Of a DNA stretch of 64,000 nucleotides, positions 38,070-51,729 are shown piece after piece. Source of the DNA: Lama glama (lineage: Eukaryota); contig CM052817.1 in assembly GCA_028534125.1 (NCBI GenBank), positions 17,238,001 through 17,302,000 of the forward strand, read 5' to 3'. The notes beneath the pieces were generated by a model. That model was given only the letters and a program-made list of their open reading frames with translations. It did no database searches and had not been told where the DNA came from. Made by a program: the position numbers and the translations under genes. Each line of letters starts with the position of its first letter. The first letter of the stretch is position 1.

Positions 38070-38300
38070 TCTTTTTCTCTCCATCCCTCCTTTTTTTCTT
38101 TTTTCCTTCCTTCCTTTCTTCCTTGCTCTTCTTTCCTCTCCTTCCTTTCTTCCTCTCCTGCTTCCTTTTTTTACAAACACAAAATGTTTTTTTTAAAAAA
38201 TTGTGTAACATATGTTCTTTTTTTAAACTATTTCTTTTTTCTTTTTCTTTTCCTTCGTTTCTTTCTTTTCTTTTTCTTTCTTTCTATTTTTTTTTCTTTT
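38070..38300. repeat. CT-rich low-complexity tract adjoining SINE tail
   Basis: (TTCC/TTTC)-like degenerate repeats. Confidence 0.85.
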
Positions 38301-38416
38301 TTGGTGGGGAAAAGATAATTAGATTTATTTATTTATTTATTTTCAATGGAGGGACTGGGTGGCAGAGCCTTTGCATGCTAAGCACGCACTCTACCACTGA
38401 GCTATACCCTCCCCCT
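38296..38416 (-). mobile_element. tRNA-Ala-derived camelid SINE (altered B-box region)
   Basis: aatggagggactggg...gcatgctaagcacgcactctaccactgagctataccctccccc with (TTTA)n middle. Confidence 0.82.
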
Positions 38417-41400
38417 AAAAATGTCAACAATCCTTTCTGGGTGGTAAGAAATATTTATAAAGAAAATTGTATATATATTATATTTATATTATATATTTAT
38501 AATTCACATGTATAAATATATAAGAAAATATAATCACTTGTATATATATTTTTGGGCCCTCCTCCCAATTTTTTGAACTTATATTATTTTGTCACTAGTT
38601 AAAAAAAAAAAGAAAAGAAAAACTTGAATGACTCTTGGAAAGTGTGTCCACTGGGAAAATGGACTGGACCCTGGAGTCTCCCTCTGCTCAGGGACAAGGC
38701 TTCATCTCCTTGTATCTATCTCCATACCCAGGGGGTAACTCCTGTGACTCCAGAGAAATCTCCCAGTGACTGTCAGTGTTGCTCCGGACAGGATGTTCCC
38801 CGTGGCTTTGGCCAGATGAGCCTCCAGCCTGGAAACAGAAATTGTGCTTGAGATGAAACGTCATCTGTCTCAGGTCTGCAGAATCCTGCTGACCATTTCC
38901 CTCCCTCTCCACCTCCTCCCTCCTGCCTCACCTCGACAGTCCCCTGGGGCCTCGGTGGCAGCCTGGTGACTTTGATCCTTCTCTGTATCGCTCTTAGCAA
39001 GACTCGGCATCAGCGCTCTCACCTGTGAAGTGGGCAGAGCAACAGATCATCTTTTCTTCAGAAAGGTTTGGGGGAAATTAAATAAAAATGGTTGTGAATG
39101 TGCTTTGCAAAGTGTGCCCAGCAGTCAGTCCCTCTTGCAGCCCTTGGCTCTTTCCACAGAAACCTTCAGAATTTCCACTGTGCATCAGGAGTGCGCTGGC
39201 CATGGGAGCAACACACATTCCTGCTTTCAAGGAACTTCAGCTGTCTGTCCAAAGAGAAACAGACATACAGACAAAGCCAGTGTGCTAGTTCTGCTAGAGC
39301 AGGAGGGCTCAACCCAACCTCAGAGCAAATTCTAGCCCCTCCTGAAGACCTGTGACACGGGGCAAGTTATTTTACCTCTATGGGTTGCTATCTCAGAAAT
39401 GTGAAGATATGGATTTCACAGGGTGGTTGTAAGGATTAAATGAGACTTCCCCAAGCCCCAGGAATTAGCATCTCTCCCTTAGAATGTTTGCTCCATCTCT
39501 CTGCAACCTCTACAATTAGTTCATTAACATCGCCACCCACTTTGCTTCCTAAGCAGCAATATTTGTGAAATCAGTGGTTCTAATATGTGAGTCCTATTTT
39601 TTCTCTAATGAACATTAAAACAAATGATAGCTATAGAAATTCAAGTCCACCTAGAATCATTTCACAGACCCCCTGTGGTATAACTATAACACTTAGATGG
39701 AGAAATACGGAGATTCTTAGTTATTTTGCTTGGTGCCTGATAAGGCTGAAATACACACAATTTTGTTGATTCTGAGAAGTCAGCACAGAGTAGGTGAGAG
39801 GACCCAATGCCTTAGGGCTGGGATGGGGAGGCTTCCAAGAGTGGGTGACATCTAAACACAGCATCAGACTGATAAAGGGCAGGAGGAGGGGCCAAGGGAG
39901 GTACTTTCCAAGAAAAGGGGACAAGGGTAGGAGCAGAACAGGACCTTAGAACATTTCTGAGGAACTGCTCGCAGGGCAGCAGGTTGGGTATGAGGGGGAG
40001 CTTGTGAGAGATGAGCTTGGAAGCGTAGAGAAGTCATCAGATACAGATTAAGAAGGGCCTGCATGCTCTTAGGAGGAGTTTGGACTTGATGCAGGTGGTT
40101 GGGTGAAACCCTAAGGAGTCACATTGACAGTGACATTTAAAGTCCAAGAAGATCTCAGAATTATCTGGAGTAGCTCAAGACGAAAGGCCCACAAGGCTGC
40201 CTGGTAAACCTGCAAAAACACTTCTCTCACTTCCTAGTTCTCATCCCTTCATTCACTAACTGGGGCTTCCGCATAAATCCTGTTGATTTCAGCAGAAATG
40301 AGCACTTTGCTTCTGATGTCAGCTTCCTCTGTCTGAAAGAGCTGTGGCTGTTAGAATTGTCACGCACCCACCTAGTGGTAAAAGCCAGAAACCTGGGAGC
40401 TGTCTTCAATTCCCTCCTAGGCCTCACCCTTCACAACCAGGCTCAAGCAGCCTGTCAACGTCCCCTCTGCGATACTGATCAAATCCTGTGCGTTTACTGC
40501 CCCTGCAGTTCATGCCCTTTCATCTCTTGCTTCGATGATTTGTAATGGTCTCCAAACTAGTCTCACTGCTGGTTACATCAGGATTCCTCCATGCTGCTGC
40601 AGCACCCTAAGCAAATCCCTAATCTTATTAGATCTCAGTTTCCTCATCTGTCTAATGGGGATAATGTATTCATATATCTGTCTCGTAGAGTTTTGGGGAT
40701 TGTGTGAGCTACTGAGTGTCAAGCCCTTACTATACTGCATGGTACATAGTAGAAGTTCAATAAGGTCTTGGTATTATTCTTATAGCCCCCTCTCATTTTG
40801 TAATCTATAGCTGCATTAAAACCCCAAACTCTATATGGCATTAAATTGGCCTTCTAGTGTTAGTCACCAGCCTCCCAGACAGGGTCCATGGGGTCCCATG
40901 GAGCCCTTGAGAGTCATATCTGCTCTCTGTGTGCAGATTACTGAGCCATGCATGGCTAAGGATCAAGAGGGACAAGGCTAGGTTGAGGCAAGAGAGGCAC
41001 TTGGGCCACAAAAGTGAAGGAGACTCTAACCCTCAGGATCATGCAAGTGCTTCCTTTGATTCCGTGCCCTATTCCCAAAGGTGGGTGTACAACCTGCTGT
41101 CTTTTCCTCCAGTTGAGTGAGCTGCATGTAGAACCAGGCTCTCTAGCTGTGGGTAAAAAGCAGGCAAGTTCCAAGGCAGCCTCCCGGGTACCTAGGACCC
41201 CAGCAGGCAGGAGGAAGAAGGAGACCCCCGGGGAGGCTTGAGGTTACAGTGACACCAGTGAGAGCAGTCCTGGCGGGGAGCTTAGTGTCAGTTCCCAGGC
41301 ACCCAGACGCCCAGAGATAAGGATGCGCCGTCAACCTTAGGAAGACACAGGCTGCCCATTAGGCTGGTGCCTTTCAGTATTAAAGTGTGAATCTATAATT

Positions 41401-42721
41401 TCTCTTACCACCAGCTCAGCTTTTCAGCAAGGAAGCAATGCTCCCGCTTCCCTCTTGGTTGGCCCTGATCCTAAGCAACTAAAGCATATGCTGATTAGCT
41501 GAGGTCATCCTTCCACGCCCTGACCAGCTTTATATTGCTGATTATCTGGGCAAGTCTGGATCTACCGGGCAGGATTTTGAGGTTTTAGTGGGTGGCAGAA
41601 GGCAGGGACAAGGCATCATCCTATGAAGAGGTGATCTGGGCAGACACGTCTGTCTTGATCCCTCAGACCCAGCGTGAGCAGAGGCTTCTTCTCTTCCAGG
41701 GCTGAGTAATGCAAGGGGTGTGGGGCAGGGGTGAACTAGAAGTAGAGGACAGAGAGAGGGCTCAGATTTCCCGTGCATCTGTCCTGGCCAATATTTTAGA
41801 ACTCCTTTCAAATCAGCAAGTTAATGTAGCGAGGCGAGACCACATCAGGCTGGTCCCAGTCTGGTGCTTGCGATTAATGTATCATGAAAGGAATCAAGGA
41901 TGTTGCCGAGGCCAATTAGAAAGTCAGCGGGGTTGGGAATACCAGTCAGCAGGGTGTGCACCCCACTGCCCCTCCCACTGGTCCCCACCCTTGGAGGGCC
42001 TTCCCTTTACACCGTGGCTCTTTCTTCCTCTTCCTCCTTCTCCTTTCACCCTTGTCCCCCTCCAATAGGCTTGGCTCTGAAAGTGACTTTGAGTAGAGAA
42101 GGCAGTGCAATGGCCTAGGAAGCATATATGTTTGGGTAAATGCCAGACTAGGTTTGAACTCTAGATCTACCACTGACCATTGGCGAGGTATTGGTCCAGG
42201 TATGTAACCTCTTTGAGCCTCAGTTTCCCCAGCTGCAAAATGGAGATTCTATACTTACCCAGAAGATGGAAGATAAATGTGGTTGGATTTGCTAAGGACC
42301 TGACAGTAGAATCCACTAATGAATTCCTAAAGAATTACACTCAGGTTAGTTCTGTCTCACTTTTTTTTCAAATGTAGAGGTGGCTGTTGATTATTTTTTT
42401 ATAATCTTCATAGGAATGTAGGAAGAAATAGTTTTGTTAGGACTTTTGAGGAAGTTTTCTTGTGGGTCCCTTGGGCGAGAATTATTAATAATGATGATAG
42501 AAAACACGTATGGGGTCTTTACCATGCGTGTGGCTCTGTTCTCAGTACTTTGCATGGACTAACTCATTGATTCCTCACGAGCTCTGGGAAGCAGGAACTA
42601 CTGTCATCCTTATTTCACAGACCAAGAGAAATACCCTCGTCCCCTCGAGAGTGTGCTCACCTGTCTACTCCTGCTGGATTGTTCGTTTGTTTGTTAAAGA
42701 ATGACTTTGGACCTCTCGTGA

Positions 42722-43710
42722 TTTTTAAAAAGAAATTTATTAAGGTGAGATTCCTATAACACAGAATTAACCATTTTAAAGTGAGCAGTTCAGTAGCATT
42801 TAGTACATTCACCATGCAGCCACCACCTCTATCTAGTTACAAAACACTTTCATCAATCCAAAGTAAAACAGCTTATCTGTTAAGCAGTTTCTCCCTGTTA
42901 CACCTTCCCCCAGTCCCTGGTTACCTCCTGTCTGTGTTCTCTATGGATTTATCTGTTTTGGATATCTCATATAAACAGATCATATAATTTATGACTTTGT
43001 TGTTTCTGGCTATTTTCACAAAGCATAATGTTTTCGAGGTTCATCCATCCACATTGCAGCATGTATCAGTAAACTTTTTATGACTTAATAATACTCCATT
43101 TTATATACCATGATTTGCTTATCCACTCTTTCAATGATGGTCATTTGGACTGGTTCCTCCTCTTGGTTACTATAAGACCTGATGCTATGAACATGCTTGT
43201 GCATTTACTGGTTTGAGTTTCTGCTTTAAATTCTTCAAGATATATACCTCGAAGTGGAATAGCAGGATCATATGGTGCTTCTAAGTTTAAATTTTTGAGA
43301 AACTATCAAACTCTTCTCCACAGCAGTTGAACTAGTTTGCATTCCTACCAACAAAGTATGAGAGTTCCCATCCTTCCACATCCTTGTCTATACTTGTTAT
43401 TTTCCATTTTTAAAAAATTCTAGTGAGTGTGAAATTTAAATGCTTCAATTTGCATGTCCCTAATGACTAAGGATATTGGCATCTTTTCATGTGCTTGTGG
43501 ACTATTTGTACATCTCCTTGGGAAAGTTTTCTGTTTAAGTCCTTTGCCCATTTTTTTCAATTGAGTTGTTTGTCCTTTTATTGAGTCCTAAGAGTTTTTT
43601 ATATAATCTAGATACCAAACCCTTATCAGATGTATTATTTTAAAATGTTAAAAAAAACACCCAAAAAAGAATGTTTTCTCTTATTCACAGGTTGTTTTTT
43701 TCACTTTCTT
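42722..43710 (-). mobile_element. Old L1 (L1MA/MB-like) 3' ~1 kb
   Basis: attaaccattttaaagtg...cattttagtacattcac...gaagtggaatagcaggatcatatgg...catcttttcatgtgcttg; reverse L1 3'UTR/ORF2 end. Confidence 0.82.
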
Positions 43711-43714
43711 TCTT

Positions 43715-44435
43715 TCTTTTTTTAATATTTTTTAATTGAGTAATAGTCATTTTACAATGTTGTGTCAAATTCTAGTGTAGAGCACAATTTTTCAGTTACA
43801 CATGAACATATGTATATTCATTGTCACATTTTTTTTTCACTGTGAGCTACCACAAGATCTTGTACATATTTCCCTGTGCTATACAGTATAATCTTGTTTA
43901 TCTATTTTGCATTTTAAAATCCCAGTCTGTCCCTTCCCACCCCCAGCCCCCTTGGCAATCACAAGTTTGTATTCTATGTCTATGAGTCTGCCTCTGTTTT
44001 GTATTTATTTATTTGTTTGTTTGTTTATTTATTTATTTATTTTAGATTCCTTATATGCACGATATCATATGGTATTTTTCTTTCTCTTTCTGGCTTACTT
44101 CACTTAGAATGACATTCTCCAGGAACATCCATGTTGCTGCAAATGGCGTTGTCATTTTTTATGGCTGAATAGTATTCCATCGTATAAATATACCACATCT
44201 TCTTTATCCAGTCATCTGTTGATGGACGTTTAGGCTGTTTCCATGTCTTGGCTATTGTGAATAGTGCTGCTATGAACACTGGGGTGCAAGTGTCTTTTTG
44301 AAGTAGGGTTCCTTCTGGATATATGCCTAGGAATGGGCTTGCTGGGTCATATGGTAAGTCTATTCCTAGTCTTTTGAGGAATCTCCATACTGTTTTCCAC
44401 AGTGGCTGCACCAAACTGCATTCCTACCAGCAGTG
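43715..44435 (-). mobile_element. Younger L1 fragment with ORF2 C-terminus
   Basis: ORF 44100-44414(-) [25 protein letters not shown]...AALFTIAKTWKQPK...WIKKMWYIYTMEYYSAIK is the L1 ORF2p C-terminal domain. Confidence 0.92.
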
Positions 44436-45180
44436 GCTGCTTCTACTTTTAAGCCTTCAGGGAGAGAGCAACGGGTGCAGGAATATCTGGTCACCAAGGG
44501 TGGAAATGCAGCAGGCGAGCAAGAGTGAGCAGTGGCTGAGCCCACAGGGCAGCTTCAGCCCAGGAGGCTGGAGCTGTTCAGAAGCCCGTGGAAAATCCAA
44601 GCATCTAAGCTGAGCGGTCAAGCCATCCTCAACCTAAGCCGCCAAACACAGTGAGCCATATACAGCCAGTCTTAAATCGCACTTTCCCTTTGATCCAGCA
44701 ATGCCACTTCTGTTGATTTATCCCAAGGGAATTACTATGGAAATCACAGATTTAGCTACAAGTTTTTTTTTGTTTTTTCTCAGAATTTAATACAATAACC
44801 AAAAAATCAGATATAACATAACTGTCCCACATAAGGGGATTGGATAAACCAAATAAATATATCCATATATGAAATATAATTCAGCCATTTAAAATATGGT
44901 GAAGGAAAACTAATTTTTGATATAGAAAATCATGAAAAACAAGAGTTAAGTCAGAAAGATCAGAAATCAGTGTTGTCTGTGTACCTATTACCTCTAGCTC
45001 CATAACCTGAAATGTAAACCCTACTAGCCACAGGAGACCTCAGCTACAGGAATTACGGAGGTTTTTGTGCTTTTCCATATTCTCCAGATTTTTCTGTAAT
45101 TTACTTGCTACTTTTGTAATTAGTAAAAAATATTATTCAGAAAAGAATTAAAATCAAGCCAGAGTCTCATAACTATCTGC

Positions 45181-45775
45181 AGGCCTTGGTAACCACCACT
45201 CTACTCTCTGTTTCTATGAGTCAGCTTTTCTTAGAATTCATATATAAGTGAGATCATACAGTATTTGTTTTCCTCTGACTTGTTTCATTTAGCATCCATA
45301 CTGATGCAAGTTCCATCCATATGGAAATAAATGACCAGATTTCCTTTTTTCTACTGGCTAAATAACATTCCATTATACATTCATAGCATGTCTTCTTTAT
45401 TCATCCATTGATGGACAATTAGGTTGTTTCCCTATCTTGGCTATTGTGACTAATACGACAACATGAGAGTGCAGACACCTGTTCAATCCCCTGTTTTTTG
45501 ATTTTTTTTGGACATATACCCCGAGGTAGGATTGCTGGGTCACATGGTAGTCCTATTTTTAATTTTAACAATACTGTATTATATACTTGAAATTTACTAA
45601 GAGACTCGATCTTAAATGTTCTCACAAAGAAATGATAATTATGTGATGTGATGGAAGTCTTAGCAACGCCATAGGAGTAATCATATAGCAACATATAAAT
45701 CATATCAAATCAACATGCTGTACACCTCAACTTCACAATGTTATATGTCAATTATAGCTCAACTTAAAAAAAAGA
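45181..45775. mobile_element. 5'-inverted L1 (reverse segment 45181-45565, forward 3' segment 45566-45775)
   Basis: Reverse ORF2-end/proximal 3'UTR abutting forward aacaatactgtattatatacttgaaattt...gttatatgtcaattatagctcaa + A tail. Confidence 0.78.
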
Positions 45776-46534
45776 AAGTGAGAATTTGGTCTCACGTCTG
45801 GATGAAACGTAACTGAAAATAAGGAGGTAATCTTGGGAAAAAAAAATTTTTTTAAGTTTGCTCTTACCAGGAAGCTGAGTTTTGACAAGAGCTGCTAATT
45901 AAGTCTGCAAGGAGGATACAGAGCTGATTAAATCAGATGTACTTGCTGGTGGAAAATCCTCCGAAATAATGAGGAAATGTCAAATTCTTCCAGCACCATG
46001 GGGCCACAGGTACATGCTCAGCTCTTTGGGGCTCATTTGCATGTAACCCACCAGGATACCCACAGTGGCACTTACTACAGGTTTCTTGGTATGAAAATAG
46101 GAAAAATAAACCTGACCAGCCCTTCTCCAATGACTTACTGTGATCCTTTTCTGTACCAGCATTGTACAGGGGCTAGGGGTGGGGGACCCTGAAGTGCCCC
46201 TTCTTTAATAACTGAACAAGCAAGTTCCAAAGTACAAAGGCCTGGACAATGTGACAAGAGTATGTAATTAATTCCTTCATTGAGTGGTAAAGTCAATGAG
46301 CTTGGGGAATTCATAGGAGGGGCAGTCAATGAAGGCTGCAAGGCAGCAAGCTCCAGCTTTGGTGTCAGACAAATGGAAACTGGAAGCCAGCCCCTACCCA
46401 CCTCCACAGGATACATACTCTTCCCTCCTTACTCACTTAGTTACCCATGTAACTTGCTTCAGCTTATGGGACATGAGTGGAGTTAACATAAATGAAAGCT
46501 TCAAAATGCTTGCCTGGTTGAGTTTTGACACTTT

Positions 46535-47041
46535 TGTTATGAGATGGTTGGGGAAGATAAACTTGTCTTCCATCTTCTTCAGTTTAGTGAATGGGAGCCT
46601 GCAAATTAAACCAATAAAAGACATATTAACCAAAAAAAGGCATATACTTTTTAATTAATATATTACACCCATGAGAAAAAGAGAAATGCAAAGAAGTGAT
46701 TAGACAAAGGAGCTTGTATACCATTTTAGCAAAGGAAAGGGGGTTTGGGATTTGAAGGATAAACTAGGAAGCAACTAGAAAATATGTGCAGAAACCAATG
46801 GAACACATGGGTTATTTTAGTAAGCTTTTTTAATGTAGACTCATCTCAGGGCTGACTCTCCAACTCCAGTGATAAGAGTTGCTGGTACAGGAGAGAAGGA
46901 GGTACTTTCACAAAGGAAAATTTATGCCCTGCTTTTGGGCAGAAAAGAAAGGGGCAGAGAACTCTTCCTGCATCTGCTGATCGTCAATAATCTTTATGCC
47001 AAAGTGGTATATTTTGGGGTTGCATATCCTGATCCCATTCA
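46535..47041 (-). mobile_element. MER34-like ERV1 solo LTR
   Basis: Reverse strand begins tgaatgggatcaggatatgcaaccccaaaatataccactttggcataaagattatt...gcagatgcaggaagagttctctgcccc; TG...CA ends. Confidence 0.65.
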
Positions 47042-49689
47042 ATATGCCTCAGTTGCCTACAGACCCCAGAAAAAAACACAGAGAGCAAGTTTGAACCCAC
47101 CCTACAGCCTGGAACTAAGCTGAGCCTAGATTATTTGAACCACAGCCAACTTACAGGGTGCCTGAGCAAGAAATAATTGCATATGGCTGTGTGCCACTGA
47201 GATTTTACAGTTACTCATTCCTCAGTATGATTGCAACACGAGTTTATTCATCCATAAAATGGGAGAAATGTGTAGCTTATTTGCAATGGTATCATGAGAA
47301 TTAAGTGACATATGAACCTGATGTCTCAGAGTTCCCCAACTTGAGGATACAACTGAGGTTGCATTAATATTGATACCTGACTGACAAGGGCCCCTATGCT
47401 CATGAGGAAATTTCCTTCCTGGAGGCAGGTTCATAAATAGCCCTGATGTCCCTCAGTTTTGGGATGTGCCTCCTCACCCAGCAGCCCCTGGTTCCCACAA
47501 CTCTGCCAGGGGACCACTCTCAGTTCAGTTTCCTCATTATTAATTGGCTTAAGCTGGTCATTTGATGGAACTGCAGGGGAGACTCACCGATAAACAGCAG
47601 AGGATTTGAACTTCATGATGCAGGATGGCTTGGTCCATTTACTTACTTAACAAACGTCTTCAGAGTACTGAGCAATGGATTTCAGCAGCACACGGAGCAG
47701 GATTCGTGACTTAGGGTAATGGTTCTGATAAGGAGAATGGGATACAAAATATCCCCTCCCTCACTTACACTCTACAGCCTGTTAGGGCCCCAGAGAATCA
47801 GAATTTAGGGAAACAGCTCTTTCCAATGTGACATATTTCTGGAATGGCAGGGTTAAGAAGGGATCATCTGTAAAGTCGATCTAGTTCTCCCCAGCAGCCC
47901 CACGGGTACATGGCTGTCTAGGGTCAGTTTCCCTCCTGGCTTCTGTAAGGGCTTCCCAACCCATGGCCCTCAAGTGTATTAGGCATGTCTGAGCCCCAGG
48001 CATGAACAGCAAATCAAGATACGTTCCCAGAAGACATTCCAGCCTCCACCCGAAGATGAGCTTGCAAATGGTTTTTTGAGAGACGGGGTACCCTTTGACC
48101 ACTCCCAATGGATAGACTGGATCCTACTTGGATTCCAGCTTATGAAATATGTATGGCATGTACCAGTGAATGCTAGATAGTCAAGAAGTGTTGATTCTCT
48201 TCCACCTCCTGGAAGAGAGGAAACTCAACCGGGATTATGGAGTGGCTGAACAAAAAAGAGAGGGGCCAGAAGTCTCTGTGCCCAGTGTGAGTTAAAAAAC
48301 CCAATCCCTGTAGGTCAGAGCTTGAAGACAGCTAGACCGGTGAAGTGGGTTCAAATGGCCTGCTGGTTGCTCAGGGCCACACAGCAAGCCATATAGGCCG
48401 AGTGTCCCCACTCTGGGCGATTGTGGACCTATGGGTCCTAGAAGACACTCTTCTGGGGATAAAATTATTTTAAGGCCTCTCAGAATTCCTATAAATATTT
48501 CCTTAAGTCCTAATGAATACTATTTTTCTTACATTTGTGACTCTTCTTCAAATGTTAATGTTATTCATTTTAAACTGTTACTGGTCCCCTTCAGCTTTAA
48601 AAAAATTAAATGAAATTTATTTCTTTAGATTAGTTTCAGGCCCATAGCAAAACTGTAGGGAAGGTACAGAGATACAGCTCCAACATAATACCATGCTGCA
48701 GAGGAATAGGGTGTGTATGCGGTGGGGCGGGTGGGGGTGGGGAGGAGGTTTCTGAGCGAGCGGGCGTTTTCCCTAAAGAAACTAAACTACTCGATGGCAC
48801 TGTATTAGTTTATTACATTGGAGTAAAAAGTTTCCTGACCCCATTCCTCTATCCAACCCCACCAGTACCCTGAGGACGTACACTCAAAAGCAAAACTAGA
48901 TTACAGGCAAAAATAAAGAATTTTGAGTGTAATACATTTGTAAACCACTCCCAAGATAAGATAAGAGATGTTTTCCAAAGCATTCAGTGTCACAGGGCAA
49001 TAGTGGTAGCCAGTAAACGAGAAATAGTCACAGAGGTGGGGCTGAGTCTTACGAGATGGGCAGCACTGGGCCCACGTCAGAAGAGGGGAACCACCAGAGC
49101 AAGGGCTGGAGATGAGGGTATGCATGTGTTGTTCAGGGGACAGCAGGGAGAGGGTGGGACAGAGAGCTCCTGTTGGGCCTGTGGTGCCCCCCGTTGGTTA
49201 GCCTGACCTTGGAACGCAGCTATGAGTAAGCTCAGAAAAGGCCGGCTCTGATAGGGCCTGGATTTGCCTTCTGGAGACTTTGCAAAGAGAAAGCCAGAGA
49301 ATGTGGCCACCCGAATGTTAGTTGGCTCCTGAATAGGCCGAGGAGCTGAAAGTGACGGTGGGATGGCTTCCGGTGCCTGAGCAGCAAACAGCGGCGGACT
49401 GGGGTGATCCTCTGAGCGCACGGCTGAGGCCCTGGAAACACCAAGGGACATTCTCCCAGTAGGTCAACTTAAGGAAACCAGGGACTCAGAACAAAGGCTA
49501 GCTGGCTCACCAAAATGAGCGCTCTTATTTTCTAGTTCCTGTTCACTCCATGAAGAAAGTACCTGGTCAGTGTTTGAGAAATGGCCTGGCTCACGTTTCA
49601 TGCCACCTCCTGGGGCCAAGCTGCTCAGCCAGGCAGAACTCCTTGCTGAGAAGTCACGAACAAGAAAAAGTTGCTGGTCCTGTTACAGA

Positions 49690-50215
49690 AGCAAACAGGA
49701 ACTCTCAGACATTGCTGGTGGGAATGCGAACTGGTTCACCACTTTGACAGCTCGGTGGTTTCTTATAAAACTGAACATACTCTTAACATATAATCCAGCA
49801 ATGACACTCCTTGGTATTTATGCAAATGAACTGAACACTTCTGTCCTCACAAAAGCTTGCAATCGATGTTCAGAGCAACTTAAAAATAAAATTGCCCAAA
49901 CTTGGAAACAACCAAGATGCCCTTCAGTCGGTGAATGGATAAACTGTGATGCATCCAGACAACGGAATATTACTCAGAGCTGAAAAGAAATGAGCTAGAA
50001 AGCCATGAAAAGACATGGAAGAAACTTAAATGCATATTACTGAGAGAAAGAAGCCAATCTAAAAATCTACATACGGTATGATTCCAACTAAATGGCATTC
50101 TAGAAAAGGCCAAGCTATGGAGACAGTGAAAAGAGCAGTGACTGTCAGGGCAGGAGGGACACACAGGAGTTTTAGGGCAGTGAAAACCCTCCACATGATA
50201 CCATGGCGATGGAAA
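49690..50215 (+). mobile_element. L1 (L1MC-like) ORF2 end and 3'UTR fragment
   Basis: Degenerate ORF ...ELSDIAGGNANW...YNPAMTLLGIY...IAQTWKQPRCPSVGEWIN. Confidence 0.82.
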
Positions 50216-50218
50216 CAG

Positions 50219-50689
50219 TGTTCATCAGTGTACAGTGCTTAAAAAAGTGTTTATTCAAGGCTGTAAGAATTATAGTTTGGAAGACACAGAAGAGAATGTT
50301 ACTCCGAAAGAATGCTGGGTAACTCCAAAAGAATGTTCTGAGGAAGAGAGAGGGACTTATAAAAACAAAAAGGTGTGAAGTTGTTAAAAGTTGCCTGGTG
50401 AGAATTGTGATTGACTCTGACCAGAGTCAGAAAATATTTGTTCTCAAGGAATGACAATTAGTTTTAGGGTAGGGATCTGACACTTACATAGACCGTCATG
50501 AGTTATTTTAGGGTAAGGATTCGATAAGTATCTTGAGTTTCTGGCAGTTTCTGTACGTCACTTTATCAGGTCAAAACGTGAGATTTCATTCAGACCAATG
50601 TGTAAAAGTCACACTTCCTTAATGACCTCCTGGCTCCATTTTAGAGACCCATCTTAGCGATAGAGACCCATCTTGATTTTTCTTTCACA
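50219..50689 (-). mobile_element. ERV-type solo LTR
   Basis: Reverse strand starts tgtgaaagaaaaatcaagatgg...aaaatggagcc and has AATAAA near its 3' end (tttatt ~50250); no clean TSD seen. Confidence 0.55.
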
Positions 50690-51729
50690 GTGGGATGCTT
50701 GTGGTGATGTGTATAATGTCCTCATACTGTTTAGTCATTGGTCAGCCTCTGAAGCTAACATCTGCTTCAGCAAACTCATGATCCCTTCCTTCCCTTGTCT
50801 AGGGCATTACTCTCAGATACCCTCTCCAACTTCCTCTTGCTGATGGGCTCCACTTTTGGCTCCACTGGTGTTTAAAGAATCCCAAAGATGCAGTCCCTGC
50901 TGGCATCTTGGCAGCCAGCACCCTCAGCGAATTTCCACATCTCCTCCTTGGAGCACATAAAAGTTTCTCGACACCTTCTAACCACACAAGACTCGGGGAA
51001 ACCAAACCCAGGCTCTTTCCTTTGGCTGCAGCAAACAGAGGCACTGTTGCGCCCCTTGTATGGGCAGGGAGTCAGCAAGTCTGGTGCCTTCCAGTGGAAG
51101 TAGGAGAGTATCTCTCTGCCCCAGGACCTTCCTGTGTTTGAGGATCAATCCTCCTGGGCACTTGAGAGGATAATAAAAAAGGAAAACTGCGGGATCTGCA
51201 TTCCTCCTCTAAACTCTGTTTTCCCCTTCTTTCTTTTTGCCACCACGCTTCAGGCTGGAAGGAGAGGATTTTTCTTTTACTTCCCTTATTATATTCTTTC
51301 AACCATAGTATTTAGTTGTCACAGATGGAAGGGATACTGTCCACACTGATAGAAAAGTCTTTGAACTAGTACTCCAAATCTATCTTGATATAAGTAAAGA
51401 CTGTAGGAAACCCATCTCTACTATGCTAAGTTTGCAAGTCCATTACTTTGTTAATGAAGTCAAATATCTACTTTCTTCCGTCTCTGGTATAAGCTTCAGG
51501 GGTCTCTCTCTCTGAGGGAGAAAGCTGCAATGGAACATGAGTCATAGGGTAAATTAAAATACACTGGCTTAATATTTGCAAATATTAACCCAAATTTCAT
51601 CTTGTTTAACATCTGTGCTTTTATTTAACTTTTTCTATTTGTTGGTCTTGTCTCTACAAGTAAGTAAAATGCTTGTTTCATCTACCAGAGTTTCACACAC
51701 TATTATATACAGGACAAAAAAATTAAAAA

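Noticed and set aside
38057..38515. 152-aa Phe/Leu/Ser-rich ORF
   Set aside because: Translation of a CT low-complexity tract plus antisense SINE.
44100..44414. Independent protein-coding gene
   Set aside because: C-terminal fragment of L1 ORF2p in a 5'-truncated element.
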